From assembly GCA_038867615.1 (NCBI GenBank), contig JAWBYA010000001.1, positions 448,001 through 512,000 of the forward strand: a stretch of DNA of 64,000 nucleotides, given 5' to 3'. A program made the position numbers and the translations under genes. Origin of the DNA: Sulfolobales archaeon (lineage in GTDB: Archaea > Thermoproteota > Thermoprotei_A > Sulfolobales > AG1). Below the pieces are notes generated by a model. The model was given only the letters and a program-made list of their open reading frames with translations. It was not told where the DNA came from and made no database searches. This document shows positions 50,796 through 61,111 of this stretch, one piece after another. Position 1 is the first letter of the stretch. The number at the start of each line of letters is the position of its first letter.

Positions 50796-51314
50796 TTGCC
50801 ATATAGAGAGCACTTCATGGTTCAGAGACCATCTCCTAAAACCCTTGCAAGGCTCAGAGCTATAGCTGATTACCAGTTCTTCCCAGGAGCTGGCGAGGTC
50901 TTGGTGCCTGATAACGCTAGGATCTTGGTTTCGAGAAACACTGGGAGGGTTAGGGCTGTGGTTGGGGATATGGGGATCATTGCTAGCATCAGGGCTTCTG
51001 ATTATAGATATATCCTTAGATACCCGGGTGCAAGGCTTCTCCACGCCTCAACCGAGCCCCCGCTCCTAAGGGTTTTTGTCGCTAACGAGGTTGCTGATGA
51101 GATAAGGAGGGGTGGGAATCTCTTTGCAAGGCATGTTCTATACATAGACGAGGATCTCAGACCCTGGGATGAGGTCCTAATAGTTGATGAGGATGACAGG
51201 CTATGCGGTGTTGGGAGGCTCATTCTATCTCCAAGCGAGATTCTATATTTTACCAGGGGAGTCGCAGTAATAACTAGGGATAGTGAGTGGAGCGGTGGAG
51301 GAGTAGAAGAATAA
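50796..51314 (+). CDS. PUA-domain protein (C-terminal module of split archaeosine TGT / ArcS-like)
   Basis: LRAIADYQF, NLFARHV...DLRPWDEV and RGVAV. Confidence 0.75.
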   Translation: MPYREHFMVQRPSPKTLARLRAIADYQFFPGAGEVLVPDNARILVSRNTGRVRAVVGDMGIIASIRASDYRYILRYPGARLLHASTEPPLLRVFVANEVADEIRRGGNLFARHVLYIDEDLRPWDEVLIVDEDDRLCGVGRLILSPSEILYFTRGVAVITRDSEWSGGGVEE

Positions 51315-52033
51315 GGATCATTGTTGCAGAGCCTCTGGAGGCTATGAGGAGGAATGGAGAGCTAGTCCTGATCACAGGGTTCCCAGGATTCGGTGCTGTT
51401 GGGTATATAACGACGAGATATATTGTTGAGGCTATGAAGCTCAAGAGAATAGGCTATGTGATCACAAAATACATGCCCGACGTCGTCTCGATAGAGGGTG
51501 ATAGGAGATTCAGCTTCCCCCACGAGATCTACTCAAAGGAGGGGAGCGGCTTAATAGTGCTTGTCAACAGCATCGTACCAAATATACATGAGAGGGTTGA
51601 GTTCGCCGAGTCTATTGTTAGGTGGAGTATTGAGAACAAGATCAACGAGATCCTCTTAATAGGAGGCCTAGACCCAAGTGTCAGGAGATCCCAGGATGAT
51701 ATCCTCAGATGGACTGGGAATAGCTGGGGTAAGAGGGTTCTCAAGGAACCGACAATGGATAGGGGTCTCATAATAGTGGGGCCTCTAGCAATAATACTGA
51801 TGTTCACGGAGATCCTTGGACAGCCAGCAACGGTTATACTACCCTATGCCGAGAGGGAGAGACCAGATCCCAGAGCGGCTTCAGTTGCTGTTAAGAAGAT
51901 CTCAGAGATCTTTGGGGTGGAGATAGATATCCAGGATCTCATAAAACATGCAGAGACAATGGAGGAGATAGAGAGGAAGATAAGGGAGCACATAGAGATC
52001 CCTGAGAAGAGGGTCACAGGCTATCACATGTAG
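51287..52033 (+). CDS. PAC2 family proteasome assembly chaperone
   Basis: GFPGFGAVG, IGGL and PDPRAA. Confidence 0.88.
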   Translation: MERWRSRRIRIIVAEPLEAMRRNGELVLITGFPGFGAVGYITTRYIVEAMKLKRIGYVITKYMPDVVSIEGDRRFSFPHEIYSKEGSGLIVLVNSIVPNIHERVEFAESIVRWSIENKINEILLIGGLDPSVRRSQDDILRWTGNSWGKRVLKEPTMDRGLIIVGPLAIILMFTEILGQPATVILPYAERERPDPRAASVAVKKISEIFGVEIDIQDLIKHAETMEEIERKIREHIEIPEKRVTGYHM

Positions 52034-52110
52034 CTAGAAACACCAGACAATCTGGAGAGAACCCATGGAGATAGAATTTGGTTTATATCTATAAACAAGC
52101 CTAGACAGGA

Positions 52111-52482
52111 CTATGCATTGATCATGGCTTGCATGAGTATGCCATGAATCTGTGGGAGATCTATTGTTGCTGTCGAGCCAGAATCGTTTGTAGGCTCCCT
52201 CCTAACATAGAGAATAGATCCCGCTTCTCTATTGCTTGACAGCTTCTCGGATCTCGCTGCCTTGAGCACGAGATCAACTATAGCCTCGCAGGTAGCATTA
52301 CCATCAACCCTAGCCATGAAATTCCCAATCCTTATAGCCTTCTCACCGCCCAGGAGATCTATCGAGGGTTTCACATAGGCCTCTATACCATGCACAGACC
52401 TAAGGATCCTCGCAGCCTGGAGTGCAAGCCTTAGGAGCTTAAAGCTATCCTCATCAGACCCTCCGAGAACCTCTATATCCAA
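52111..52482 (-). CDS. Hypothetical protein
   Basis: ORF fills the gap with plausible composition. Confidence 0.55.
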   Translation of the reverse strand: MDIEVLGGSDEDSFKLLRLALQAARILRSVHGIEAYVKPSIDLLGGEKAIRIGNFMARVDGNATCEAIVDLVLKAARSEKLSSNREAGSILYVRREPTNDSGSTATIDLPQIHGILMQAMINA

Positions 52483-52539
52483 CGAAAAGCCCCGGGAATC
52501 CAGCTTATCAACCCCCCAGCCTTATAAGCACGGGGAGCC

Positions 52540-52794
52540 ATGGCCGTCTGGTTCGCCCACATGAGATCCCCTCTAGGGACTAGTGTGAGGATAGGCTATG
52601 TAGCGATAATAGATGTGGGGGATAAAGAAGAGCTCGAGGATCTCGCTAGAAAGCTTGGATCCTATAGGCTCGAGATCCTATGCCCAGAAAACCTCGACGA
52701 TCTATACAGAGCATCAACACTAGACCCAGACGCGGTTGATACTATGAAGAGCTGTGGAAATAAATGCTGCGTCTTAGTAGCATATGCCCAATAG
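52540..52794 (+). CDS. Hypothetical protein
   Basis: ATG after TTATAAG and GGGGAG. Confidence 0.55.
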   Translation: MAVWFAHMRSPLGTSVRIGYVAIIDVGDKEELEDLARKLGSYRLEILCPENLDDLYRASTLDPDAVDTMKSCGNKCCVLVAYAQ

Positions 52795-52853
52795 ATCCGT
52801 CTTAGAACTATGACTGTTTATTTAGGCTTAGGAACAACATCTAGGGAAACGGC

Positions 52854-54584
52854 TTGGGCAGTAATAGCAGTATGAGTGGTGCGAAAGCCCTCCTAGAGAT
52901 GCTCAGAGGCTATGAGGTTAGACATGTGTTCGGATTACCTGGAGAGACCACGCTAGAACTGTATATGGAGTGGCATAACTACCCAGAGATCAAGCATGTA
53001 ATGGCTAGGGATGAGAGGAGCGCCTGCTACATGGCAGACGCCTATGCCAGGGCTTCTTATAAGCCTGGTATCTGTGAGTCTCCAAGCCCTGGTGCAGCCC
53101 ACATAGTCCCTGCTGTTGTTGAGGCCTATAGATCCTCTGCCCCGATGATAGCTATCACAACAGATGTCCCTCTCCATCTTGAGAGGAGGAACATGCTCAC
53201 ATCATACGATCAGTCATCGATCTTCAGAGCGATTACCAAGGAGTCTATAACGATCACAAGAGCGAGCGAGATACCCCATATAGTGAGGAGGGCTTTCAGA
53301 ATAGCAACTACGGGAAAGCCTGGGCCTGTGCATCTAAGAATACCCATGGATGTCCTGGAAGAGGAGGCAGTGTTCAGCGATATCTATGCCCAGAAGGAGT
53401 TCTCGAGATATCCTGGGCATAGGTTCGCCGCTAGTATCGATTCGATCAGGAAAGCCCTAGATCTCATCCTAAGCAGTGAGAACCCCGTCATAGTATGTGG
53501 GCAGGGAGCTCTATACTCACAAGCATGGGATGAGGTTAGGGAGCTTGCAGAACTCCTCGGAATACCTGTTGCAACCACAACAATGGGTAAGGGGTGCTTT
53601 CCAGAGGATCACCCACTATCGATCGGCGTTATAGGTGCTAGAGGCGGGACAAGCTTTTCCAACAAGATCCTCAGCGAATCCGATCTAATATTCTACATAG
53701 GAGCAGATCTCGACTCCATAGCAACCAACACCTGGAGCCTCCCAAAACCCCTCGAGGGTAGAGAGATAATCCACCTAGATATAAGCGAGGCCAACGCTTC
53801 GAACAACTACCCCGAGGCTCTGAGCCTCATAGGGGATGCGAAAGCCACGCTGGGGGTTATGATAGATATGCTAGATAAGAGGATTGCGAGGGGCTATGGG
53901 GAAAGCCCTAGGATCAAGGATCTTATTGCTAGGAGGAGGGAGTATGAGGAGTCTCTGAAGAATTACATGGATTATGGGGAGCTTGTAAACCCCCTAAGGC
54001 TTGTGAAGGAGCTTGAGAGAAAGATCCCAGGGGATCACTTGATAGTAGCAGACCCAGGTGTAGGGGCGATCTACATGCTAGCCTTCTACAAAGTCAAAAA
54101 AGCTGGGAGGAGTGTTATAACCAACTACTCTATAGGATCTCTCGGATACGCTATACCAGCCTCTGTGGGAGCTTATTTCGCAAGGCCTGATAGCTATGTT
54201 GTGGTTCTAACAGGCGATGGTAGCTTTGGACTCAATGCTGGGGAGCTCGAGACGATAGCCAGGGTTAATGGTAATATAAAGATCTTCTTGTTCAATAACA
54301 ATAGCTATGGCTGGATAAGGGCTGAGATATTCTATAAACACGGAGCAAGGTTCTTTGCAACGGATTTCAAGCCTGTGGACTACGTTAAAATAGCCGAGGG
54401 CTTCGGGATAGAGGCTATGAGGATAGAGAGTAACAACAAGATCGAGAAAACAATAGATAAAGTGTTTAGGAACAGAGATCCAGTCTTGGCGGAGGTCTTG
54501 GTAGAGCCTCAGGATAAGCTGTGCCCACCAGTCCCAGCATGGGTTGAGAGGGCTAGGAATCGTGGTGTGGGGTATATCTATTAG
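52854..54584 (+). CDS. TPP-binding protein (acetolactate synthase large subunit family)
   Basis: FGLPGE, RDE, TGKPGPV and GDGSF...NN. Confidence 0.9.
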   Translation: MGSNSSMSGAKALLEMLRGYEVRHVFGLPGETTLELYMEWHNYPEIKHVMARDERSACYMADAYARASYKPGICESPSPGAAHIVPAVVEAYRSSAPMIAITTDVPLHLERRNMLTSYDQSSIFRAITKESITITRASEIPHIVRRAFRIATTGKPGPVHLRIPMDVLEEEAVFSDIYAQKEFSRYPGHRFAASIDSIRKALDLILSSENPVIVCGQGALYSQAWDEVRELAELLGIPVATTTMGKGCFPEDHPLSIGVIGARGGTSFSNKILSESDLIFYIGADLDSIATNTWSLPKPLEGREIIHLDISEANASNNYPEALSLIGDAKATLGVMIDMLDKRIARGYGESPRIKDLIARRREYEESLKNYMDYGELVNPLRLVKELERKIPGDHLIVADPGVGAIYMLAFYKVKKAGRSVITNYSIGSLGYAIPASVGAYFARPDSYVVVLTGDGSFGLNAGELETIARVNGNIKIFLFNNNSYGWIRAEIFYKHGARFFATDFKPVDYVKIAEGFGIEAMRIESNNKIEKTIDKVFRNRDPVLAEVLVEPQDKLCPPVPAWVERARNRGVGYIY

Positions 54585-54611
54585 AGCATAAGATCTATAG
54601 GGATCGGGGTT

Positions 54612-55253
54612 TTGGAGACGGAGCAGAGGGTTAGGGAGGCTATATATAGATACCTAGCAGGCGATAAGAGCTATGAGGATCTGTTGAAGACACTGCCAGA
54701 GATCCGCGGGGATCTATCTAGAGTAAGACTAGCTATGGAGTATATATCAAGGGGAGGGGATCCAGAGAGGATCTCGGATCTCCTGAGCTGGAGGGATTTC
54801 GAGGAGTTCGTCTCAAAAGCCATGGAGCTGAGCGGCATGGATGTTGCTAAAGGAATAAGAGCCCCACCGCCGAGGGGCTTCGAAATAGATGTCCTTGGAG
54901 TAGACAGGGTATCCGGGATAGCCCTCATGGTTGACTGCAAGCATTGGGGCAGGGTTAGGGGGATCTCGATCGCCTCAGCCTCGATGATTGAGAGGGCTAA
55001 GAGAGCTCTCTCAAGATGCGACCTTATAGCCAGGATCCTTGAGAGCTTTAGAGAGGCTAGAGAACTCTACCTAGCCATAGTTACGCTCAGAGAGACAAGC
55101 GTTAGGAGCCATGGCAACGTATTCATAGTCCCCATATATAGGTTCAGGGATTTCCTGCAAAACATAAAGCTATACTCAGAAGAGCTAGGCATAGAACCCC
55201 TACCCAACCCATGCTCTCCCAGATATTCACTAGATAGCTACCTATCGAGATGA
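54612..55253 (+). CDS. Restriction-endonuclease-like (Mrr/NERD-type) protein
   Basis: WRDFEEFV and EIDV...DCKHW. Confidence 0.75.
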   Translation: METEQRVREAIYRYLAGDKSYEDLLKTLPEIRGDLSRVRLAMEYISRGGDPERISDLLSWRDFEEFVSKAMELSGMDVAKGIRAPPPRGFEIDVLGVDRVSGIALMVDCKHWGRVRGISIASASMIERAKRALSRCDLIARILESFREARELYLAIVTLRETSVRSHGNVFIVPIYRFRDFLQNIKLYSEELGIEPLPNPCSPRYSLDSYLSR

Positions 55254-55479
55254 GATCCAGGGTTTCTAGTGTGGAACTAATTAGTAGTATGGTGATATAG
55301 ATAGAGATCAGCCATGAGTATTCAAGCGATCCTATTGCTATGAGGCTGTGCTTCTAAGATCTCGTAATATTTAATATAGCGATAACTCCAAATCTCATGG
55401 CGTATTAGCAAGGGTTTTAGAGATGAGCGCTCAGCGGCTGAAGGTTCCTTGAGAAGGATCCTGTTTTAATTTCTGGGCT

Positions 55480-56673
55480 TCAGAGTAGTTTCTCCACGTG
55501 GTCGGCGAAGATTTTTGAGAGTTCTTTTTTGTCGAACTTATGTGCTACGGATCTTATCTTCTCTCTATCAAATCTGCCCAGGTTTTGAGCCATGCTTGCT
55601 ATCCCTTCTCCTATTTCTTTTGGATCGTTGGTGTCGAGATACACTCCCAGATTATTGCTTTTTATGAAATACTCTATATGCGATGGGCTTGGTCCGAAGG
55701 CTAGTATTGGTAGTCCTGCAGCTGCATATTCATATATAACTGTTCTTGTGCTGGTTATGTTCCACGGATCCTTCTGTCTGGGTCTGCCTAGCAGGGCTAG
55801 GTCGGATAGTATTAGTTCTTTCACCATCGATTCCCTCTCCATGTATCCTGTGAATATAACATCACCCTCGAGCCCTTTGCTCTTTGCAAGCCTCATGAGG
55901 CTTTCTTTTAGAGGCCCTTCCCCTATGATTTTCAGCCTTATCCTCCCGCTACCCAGTGTTTTTCTCGCCTCGCCAAAGCCCAGGATGATCTTATCCACCA
56001 TATGGTATCTCCAGCTCAGATCGCCTAGAAACACTGCTTCGACATAGCTCTTATCCTTTCTATGTGTGATTGCTCCGTATATTTTATCATAGAGCTCTAC
56101 ATCAACGCCGTTGTGGATAACCTCGATATTCTTAGCACCGGCTATCTTCTCGAGAGCTATTTTCTGAGCCTCTGTGACAGCGATCAAGAGATCTGCTTCG
56201 GCATAGATATCACCTAACCCCCTATAATAGATAGACCTGGAGAATCTCCTAAACAACCCACCAGAGAGATGGAGCTCTATGAGGTCGTGAACATCTATAA
56301 CAAACGGGACACCGAGGGATCTCGAGAGCCAGTGACCGAGATAAACAGCATCAACCGGGGGGTGGGCGGAGATAACTAGAGAGGGTCTGACCCTCTCAGC
56401 ATAGCTGGAGACAGCAGGCCTAAGCATATAGATATTCCTGAGGAAAGTAAGGATCCTACCAAGAGATCCTGACCCCATGGTTGGGTAGTTCATAACAAGC
56501 TCCCCATGATCACCAACCCTAACACCACCACCAACCCTCGGGGTAACCTGGATCACGGTAACACTATGACCCCTCCTCCTAAGCTCTCCCACGAAATAAT
56601 AGTTCCTAATACCATTAGCAGTCTCAGGCGGGGGGTAGAAACCAACTATATAGATTATATTCAACACAAACAC
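55480..56673 (-). CDS. Glycosyltransferase family 4
   Basis: FYPPP, IHNGVD and EYAAAGLPI. Confidence 0.88.
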   Translation of the reverse strand: MFVLNIIYIVGFYPPPETANGIRNYYFVGELRRRGHSVTVIQVTPRVGGGVRVGDHGELVMNYPTMGSGSLGRILTFLRNIYMLRPAVSSYAERVRPSLVISAHPPVDAVYLGHWLSRSLGVPFVIDVHDLIELHLSGGLFRRFSRSIYYRGLGDIYAEADLLIAVTEAQKIALEKIAGAKNIEVIHNGVDVELYDKIYGAITHRKDKSYVEAVFLGDLSWRYHMVDKIILGFGEARKTLGSGRIRLKIIGEGPLKESLMRLAKSKGLEGDVIFTGYMERESMVKELILSDLALLGRPRQKDPWNITSTRTVIYEYAAAGLPILAFGPSPSHIEYFIKSNNLGVYLDTNDPKEIGEGIASMAQNLGRFDREKIRSVAHKFDKKELSKIFADHVEKLL

Positions 56674-56681
56674 CCAGCATA

Positions 56682-57638
56682 TTATGGCTTATTCTCACAC
56701 CACCTATACATGCCGCTCTCCCAATACCTCTTTACAAGGCTTGGCAGCTCCCCATATTTTGACTCATCATATCTTGGCAGCTTCTCAACCATTTCTCTGG
56801 TGATCCTGCACCCAACTTCCTGAAGATCCTCTGTTCCATAGATCTCTTTAGCCTTCATAGAGGCGTATTCCTCATAGGAGATCCCCTTCTTAGCCGCTTC
56901 ATAGAACCCAAGCTTATCATGCCACCAGAGAGCTTTAATCGCCAGTCTCACAGGTTTTCTAACCATTAAGTGTACTCCTAGGATCTTATCAACATGGATC
57001 ACCTTATAGAGCCATAACGGGGCTATAAGGGAGTCGTATAAAGTTCCATTAACATAGATATTTTTGTATTTCAGTCTCTCAGAATATGTGAAGAGCCAGT
57101 GTTCTACTTGATAGGGTTTCTCACTGCATGTGTGATATATATCACCGCATATCTGGATCAATGGCCAGTATATGAGATAATGTCTTCTGGGATCCAGACT
57201 TTCCACAAGACCTCTGATAAAACCAGCCGAATTATCTTTCAAAACGAAATCCCCATCCCAAACAAGAACCCATCTATAGCTAGTCTTAGCTAGGGCTGCG
57301 TTCCTTATGTTTGTAGTGTTTCCCGGAGGAATCCACTGATACTTTATATTTAACCCGACCTCGTCTCTGAGCCTCGTAATAATATTTGGAGTATTATCGC
57401 TCGACGAGTCAAAGACCACATATTCGTCAACAAGGTCTTTTATAGATAGCAGTGATGGTTCAATCCACTCCTCTTCATTATATACCATAACCATAGCCGA
57501 GATCCCCTGGGGCCTCTTCCTAGGATCCTCTCGCACACCTGCATAGAAAGCTAGTGATGTTGCTATGTTTCTAATCATAAATGTGCCTCTCCTGCCTAGA
57601 AGCTTTCGGATAATAACCCTTGGACTGTTTCTCTTCAT
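56682..57638 (-). CDS. Glycosyltransferase family 2
   Basis: VYNEE, DSSSDNT and WDGD. Confidence 0.8.
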   Translation of the reverse strand: MKRNSPRVIIRKLLGRRGTFMIRNIATSLAFYAGVREDPRKRPQGISAMVMVYNEEEWIEPSLLSIKDLVDEYVVFDSSSDNTPNIITRLRDEVGLNIKYQWIPPGNTTNIRNAALAKTSYRWVLVWDGDFVLKDNSAGFIRGLVESLDPRRHYLIYWPLIQICGDIYHTCSEKPYQVEHWLFTYSERLKYKNIYVNGTLYDSLIAPLWLYKVIHVDKILGVHLMVRKPVRLAIKALWWHDKLGFYEAAKKGISYEEYASMKAKEIYGTEDLQEVGCRITREMVEKLPRYDESKYGELPSLVKRYWESGMYRWCENKP

Positions 57639-57764
57639 TGCTCCCCATTAGGCTGTATAGTGCGGGCTTATAATTACCATGGGGGTTGTGTTTTTAGGTA
57701 TGTATTTCCTGAGGGTTTGTTTTATACCGAATTATAGCTGTCTAGCTATTTTGCGCTAAGATCC

Positions 57765-58865
57765 TTATAAGCCTAGGTAGAATATCGCTGCATATGCTCC
57801 TAGGAATATTGGTATGCCTATTGGGAGTGCTTTTCTAGCCCATTCTCTGAAGCTTATGTTGTTTGTATATGCTATCACTATGTTTGGGACGTTGCCGGGG
57901 ATTAGGAAGCCTCCTGATATTATGAGGGATACTAGGAATGATTTTATCTGCATGATCTCCATCTCTGGTGTTACTATCGCTGCTACCAATGTAGCATTAT
58001 CAAGGGCTGCTGAGGTGCTTCCGAATAGGTAGAGTGCTTGGGGATTTAGATGGACTATGAATCTCTCCACCACCGGGTCGAAGGAGTGGCCTAGGAGGAC
58101 TAGTGCGAATACGAAGATATATACCTTCACAGCCCTTATAATCGCTTCCCTATACCCGCTGCCCCCATGCCCGTGGGATCCTGCTTTCACAGCCTCAACC
58201 TCTCTTGCGAATGTTTCTATTGATGTGAGAGCCCTCTTATAAATGATCCAGCTGGCTATCGAGCATATAACAACTATAGCCAAAACATAGTCCCATAGTA
58301 ATCTCATGAGGAAGAAGAAGTCAGCATGGTAAGGCTCGCCCGAGAGCTTGGCAACAGCTATGGTTGATAAGGGCTCACCAACAGGTGTTAGAGCAGCCCC
58401 AGCACCTATAGCGTATGCAGGCAATACTAGGAGGGGAACCCTAGCCCTCGGGGGAAGCCCTATTGTCTTGGCTATCTCAGCTATTATAACAGAAGCCACT
58501 ATCGCAGAGATAAAGCTGCTCCCAAGCCCTAGGAGGAAAACAAGGATCGCGTAGAGAGCTGGCAGAGAGATCCCCCGAGACCTCTTGAGATAACCACTCA
58601 GAGAAGCCCTGTATTTCTCAAACAAAAGCCCAGCGATCAAAACAGCCTGGAAGATCCCGAAGGGTATCTCGCGAACGGTAACAGGGGTAATGAAAGCCTC
58701 TAGCAATAGCTTGAAACCAAGAGTCCCAGCAATAGCCGAAGCGGTAAAACCCATTACTAGGAAATAGATCTCGAGGTTCTCCTCAATCCTCCTAGATAGA
58801 AGAGGCCCAATAAGCACAGCAACCAGAACAGCTATCAACCCGTAGAGAACCAGCTCCTCAGGCAA
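57765..58865 (-). CDS. DUF1646 family membrane protein (IT-superfamily transporter-like)
   Basis: GAALTPVGEPLSTI, DNAT and IPGNVPNI. Confidence 0.8.
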   Translation of the reverse strand: MPEELVLYGLIAVLVAVLIGPLLSRRIEENLEIYFLVMGFTASAIAGTLGFKLLLEAFITPVTVREIPFGIFQAVLIAGLLFEKYRASLSGYLKRSRGISLPALYAILVFLLGLGSSFISAIVASVIIAEIAKTIGLPPRARVPLLVLPAYAIGAGAALTPVGEPLSTIAVAKLSGEPYHADFFFLMRLLWDYVLAIVVICSIASWIIYKRALTSIETFAREVEAVKAGSHGHGGSGYREAIIRAVKVYIFVFALVLLGHSFDPVVERFIVHLNPQALYLFGSTSAALDNATLVAAIVTPEMEIMQIKSFLVSLIISGGFLIPGNVPNIVIAYTNNISFREWARKALPIGIPIFLGAYAAIFYLGL

Positions 58866-59107
58866 TTGAGGCGACCACTAGAGAATATCGAAATAGAACT
58901 AATAAGAGAGTTAGAGAAACTAAGTAAAGCTAACCTATTATCTCCTATTATCTATTGCAGTGAATGTAAAGCAAAGCTGCAAGCTATGAAAACTCCGGGG
59001 CGGGACGATCTTTGCAGAAGATCCTCTTTGACGTCTCGTGAACCACACGATCTTCTAGATCAAACTGCAAATTTAAGGCCTGGCACAAACATTACTCCAG
59101 AGGAGAA

Positions 59108-60568
59108 ATGCAAAAAGATACAAGAAATATAGTTCTAGAATTTGAATGGCTAGGTCCCTTAAGAAGAGGCAGGATCGCTATTAAGCCACTAACAATACTT
59201 ATAGGGCCTAACGGATCCGGTAAATCATATAGTGCTATGCTATTGTATGCTATAAATAAAGCCCTGAAGGATCATCTCGCCGATATTTTAGGATCCATGA
59301 TATCTTTAGCTATTAAAATGCAGTCGGGCGAGCTTAAAGATAAAAATGAGTATTATAGAAACTTGTATGAAAGTGCAAAGAACTCTTTAGAGAAAAGACT
59401 TAAGGAAAACATGGTAGCAATATTTACAGATCTAGGTTCATCAATAAATATCGATAGCGATAAACTGACTGCTAATCTAAGGATCGATGATCACATATCA
59501 TATGGATTTACCCTTAAGAGGGATGGAGGTATTGTTGTTGACAGGTATATAGATTTCGAGTACTTTATGGGAGAAGTTAAAAAAAGAGGAATCGATAGTA
59601 TGATAGATATTGTTATAGGCGCAAGATCATATGAATCGCTTCTTTCGTCGACCAAGGAAACTACAGATACTCTTGGAAAAGTATCTGCAATCATGGGATT
59701 CTTTCTTTTTATAGGACCTGCGTATCTTAAAAATATTTTCGCACCGCTAGAGATCGTCTATCTGCCCGCTACACGATCCGGCTTATTGCAAGCTCATAGG
59801 GTGATAACAAACGCCTTAGTGTCAGCAGCACCTAGACTCCCACTAGCAGGCGGGCAAAAAGCCTCTATCACAGGAGTATCGGCTGATTTCATAAATACGA
59901 TATTGTATTCTGGGATCCTATATGAGCTTTCCAAAGCATCTGGTTTGGCTATTGATAAAGGAATCTTAGAAGCCGTAGAGTTTCTTGAGAAAAGAGTTTT
60001 AGGAGGAGTTATAGATATTGTTGAGAGAGAAGATAATATAGTGGAACTAGTATATAAAGATCTACGTGGTAACCTAACAATACCAGTTGTTGCCGCAGCA
60101 TCAGGAGTAGCCGAGTTAGCCCCGCTTGCTCTCTACCTTAAGAAATATGTAATCAGCCCAGGTACTGTGCTTATATTCGAGGAGCCCGAAGCCCATCTCC
60201 ATCCGAAAATGCAGAGGGAAATAGCTAGGCTTATTGCAATGCTTGTTAATAGTGGTGTGTGGGTGTTGATAACAACACATAGTGATCTGATCCTTGAGGA
60301 GTTCAATATACTAATGAGGCTAAGCAGAATGAGTGAGGAGGAGAGGAAGAAGCTGGGCTATGAAGAGTATGAATACTTGGATACGAATAGCGTGAGTGCC
60401 TATCTATATAAATACGATGATAATGAGAAGGGCTATGTTGCGAAAGAGCTAAGCATAACAGAGGATGAGGGGATTCCTCAGGACGAGCTTACAGAGGTAG
60501 CGTTCGAGATGGGAGAGACACATGCCAAGATAACCCGCATGGCTGAGCTAGGGGAGAGGGCTGTGTGA
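59108..60568 (+). CDS. ABC-type ATPase (AAA_15/AAA_21-like), no membrane partner
   Basis: GPNGSGKS, YLPATRSG, ASGVAE, EEPEAHLHP and TTHS. Confidence 0.88.
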   Translation: MQKDTRNIVLEFEWLGPLRRGRIAIKPLTILIGPNGSGKSYSAMLLYAINKALKDHLADILGSMISLAIKMQSGELKDKNEYYRNLYESAKNSLEKRLKENMVAIFTDLGSSINIDSDKLTANLRIDDHISYGFTLKRDGGIVVDRYIDFEYFMGEVKKRGIDSMIDIVIGARSYESLLSSTKETTDTLGKVSAIMGFFLFIGPAYLKNIFAPLEIVYLPATRSGLLQAHRVITNALVSAAPRLPLAGGQKASITGVSADFINTILYSGILYELSKASGLAIDKGILEAVEFLEKRVLGGVIDIVEREDNIVELVYKDLRGNLTIPVVAAASGVAELAPLALYLKKYVISPGTVLIFEEPEAHLHPKMQREIARLIAMLVNSGVWVLITTHSDLILEEFNILMRLSRMSEEERKKLGYEEYEYLDTNSVSAYLYKYDDNEKGYVAKELSITEDEGIPQDELTEVAFEMGETHAKITRMAELGERAV

Positions 60569-61020
60569 TCTGTGAGGCTGAAGTATATATCTTAGAGGAA
60601 CCATCGTCTAGAGATTATACTAGAGTGAGGAGGGTATGCGAGAAGATCCTTAGACAATGCTCTTATAAAATCTATGACTATAGCAGCATACCTGGCCTAG
60701 GTTTAAGGAGCATCGCTGGTACGAAGCACTGTGATGCGGTAATTAACATAAAAGGTCTGTGGGTTTTTATAGAGATTACTGGGCGAGCAGAGCCTGCCGA
60801 CATTAGTAAGCTGGACAATACAGTAGAGCTCCTAAGTAGTATTGGTATAAAGGATTTCGATCCGAACAACTCTGTGAGGATCCTCCACATCGAGAGAATG
60901 GATAGCATTACCTCGAGGATCGTGAGATCGCGGAAAACCTATAAGGGAAAAACCATAATACCCATGAAGTGCAGCCAAACCCTGATCGAGAGTTTAAAAG
61001 AATATCAATACCTCCCCTAA
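60565..61020 (+). CDS. Small putative PD-(D/E)XK-fold protein coupled to the ATPase
   Basis: GTGA overlap; CDAVI...VFIEIT...KLDNT. Confidence 0.55.
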   Translation: MICEAEVYILEEPSSRDYTRVRRVCEKILRQCSYKIYDYSSIPGLGLRSIAGTKHCDAVINIKGLWVFIEITGRAEPADISKLDNTVELLSSIGIKDFDPNNSVRILHIERMDSITSRIVRSRKTYKGKTIIPMKCSQTLIESLKEYQYLP

Positions 61021-61111
61021 CAATAGACTCTAGATTCCTAGATATTGCTTCTAAAACCTCACCACCTAATAGGCTTAATAGCATGTAGTGATTATGAAGG
61101 ATTAAGAGGAG

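Noticed and set aside
55395-55442. Possible C/D box sRNA (GATGA...CTGA)
   Set aside because: No convincing box C or D' upstream.
58866-59132. 88-aa ORF with CxxC
   Set aside because: Spans a divergent promoter region, has a TTG start and no recognisable family.
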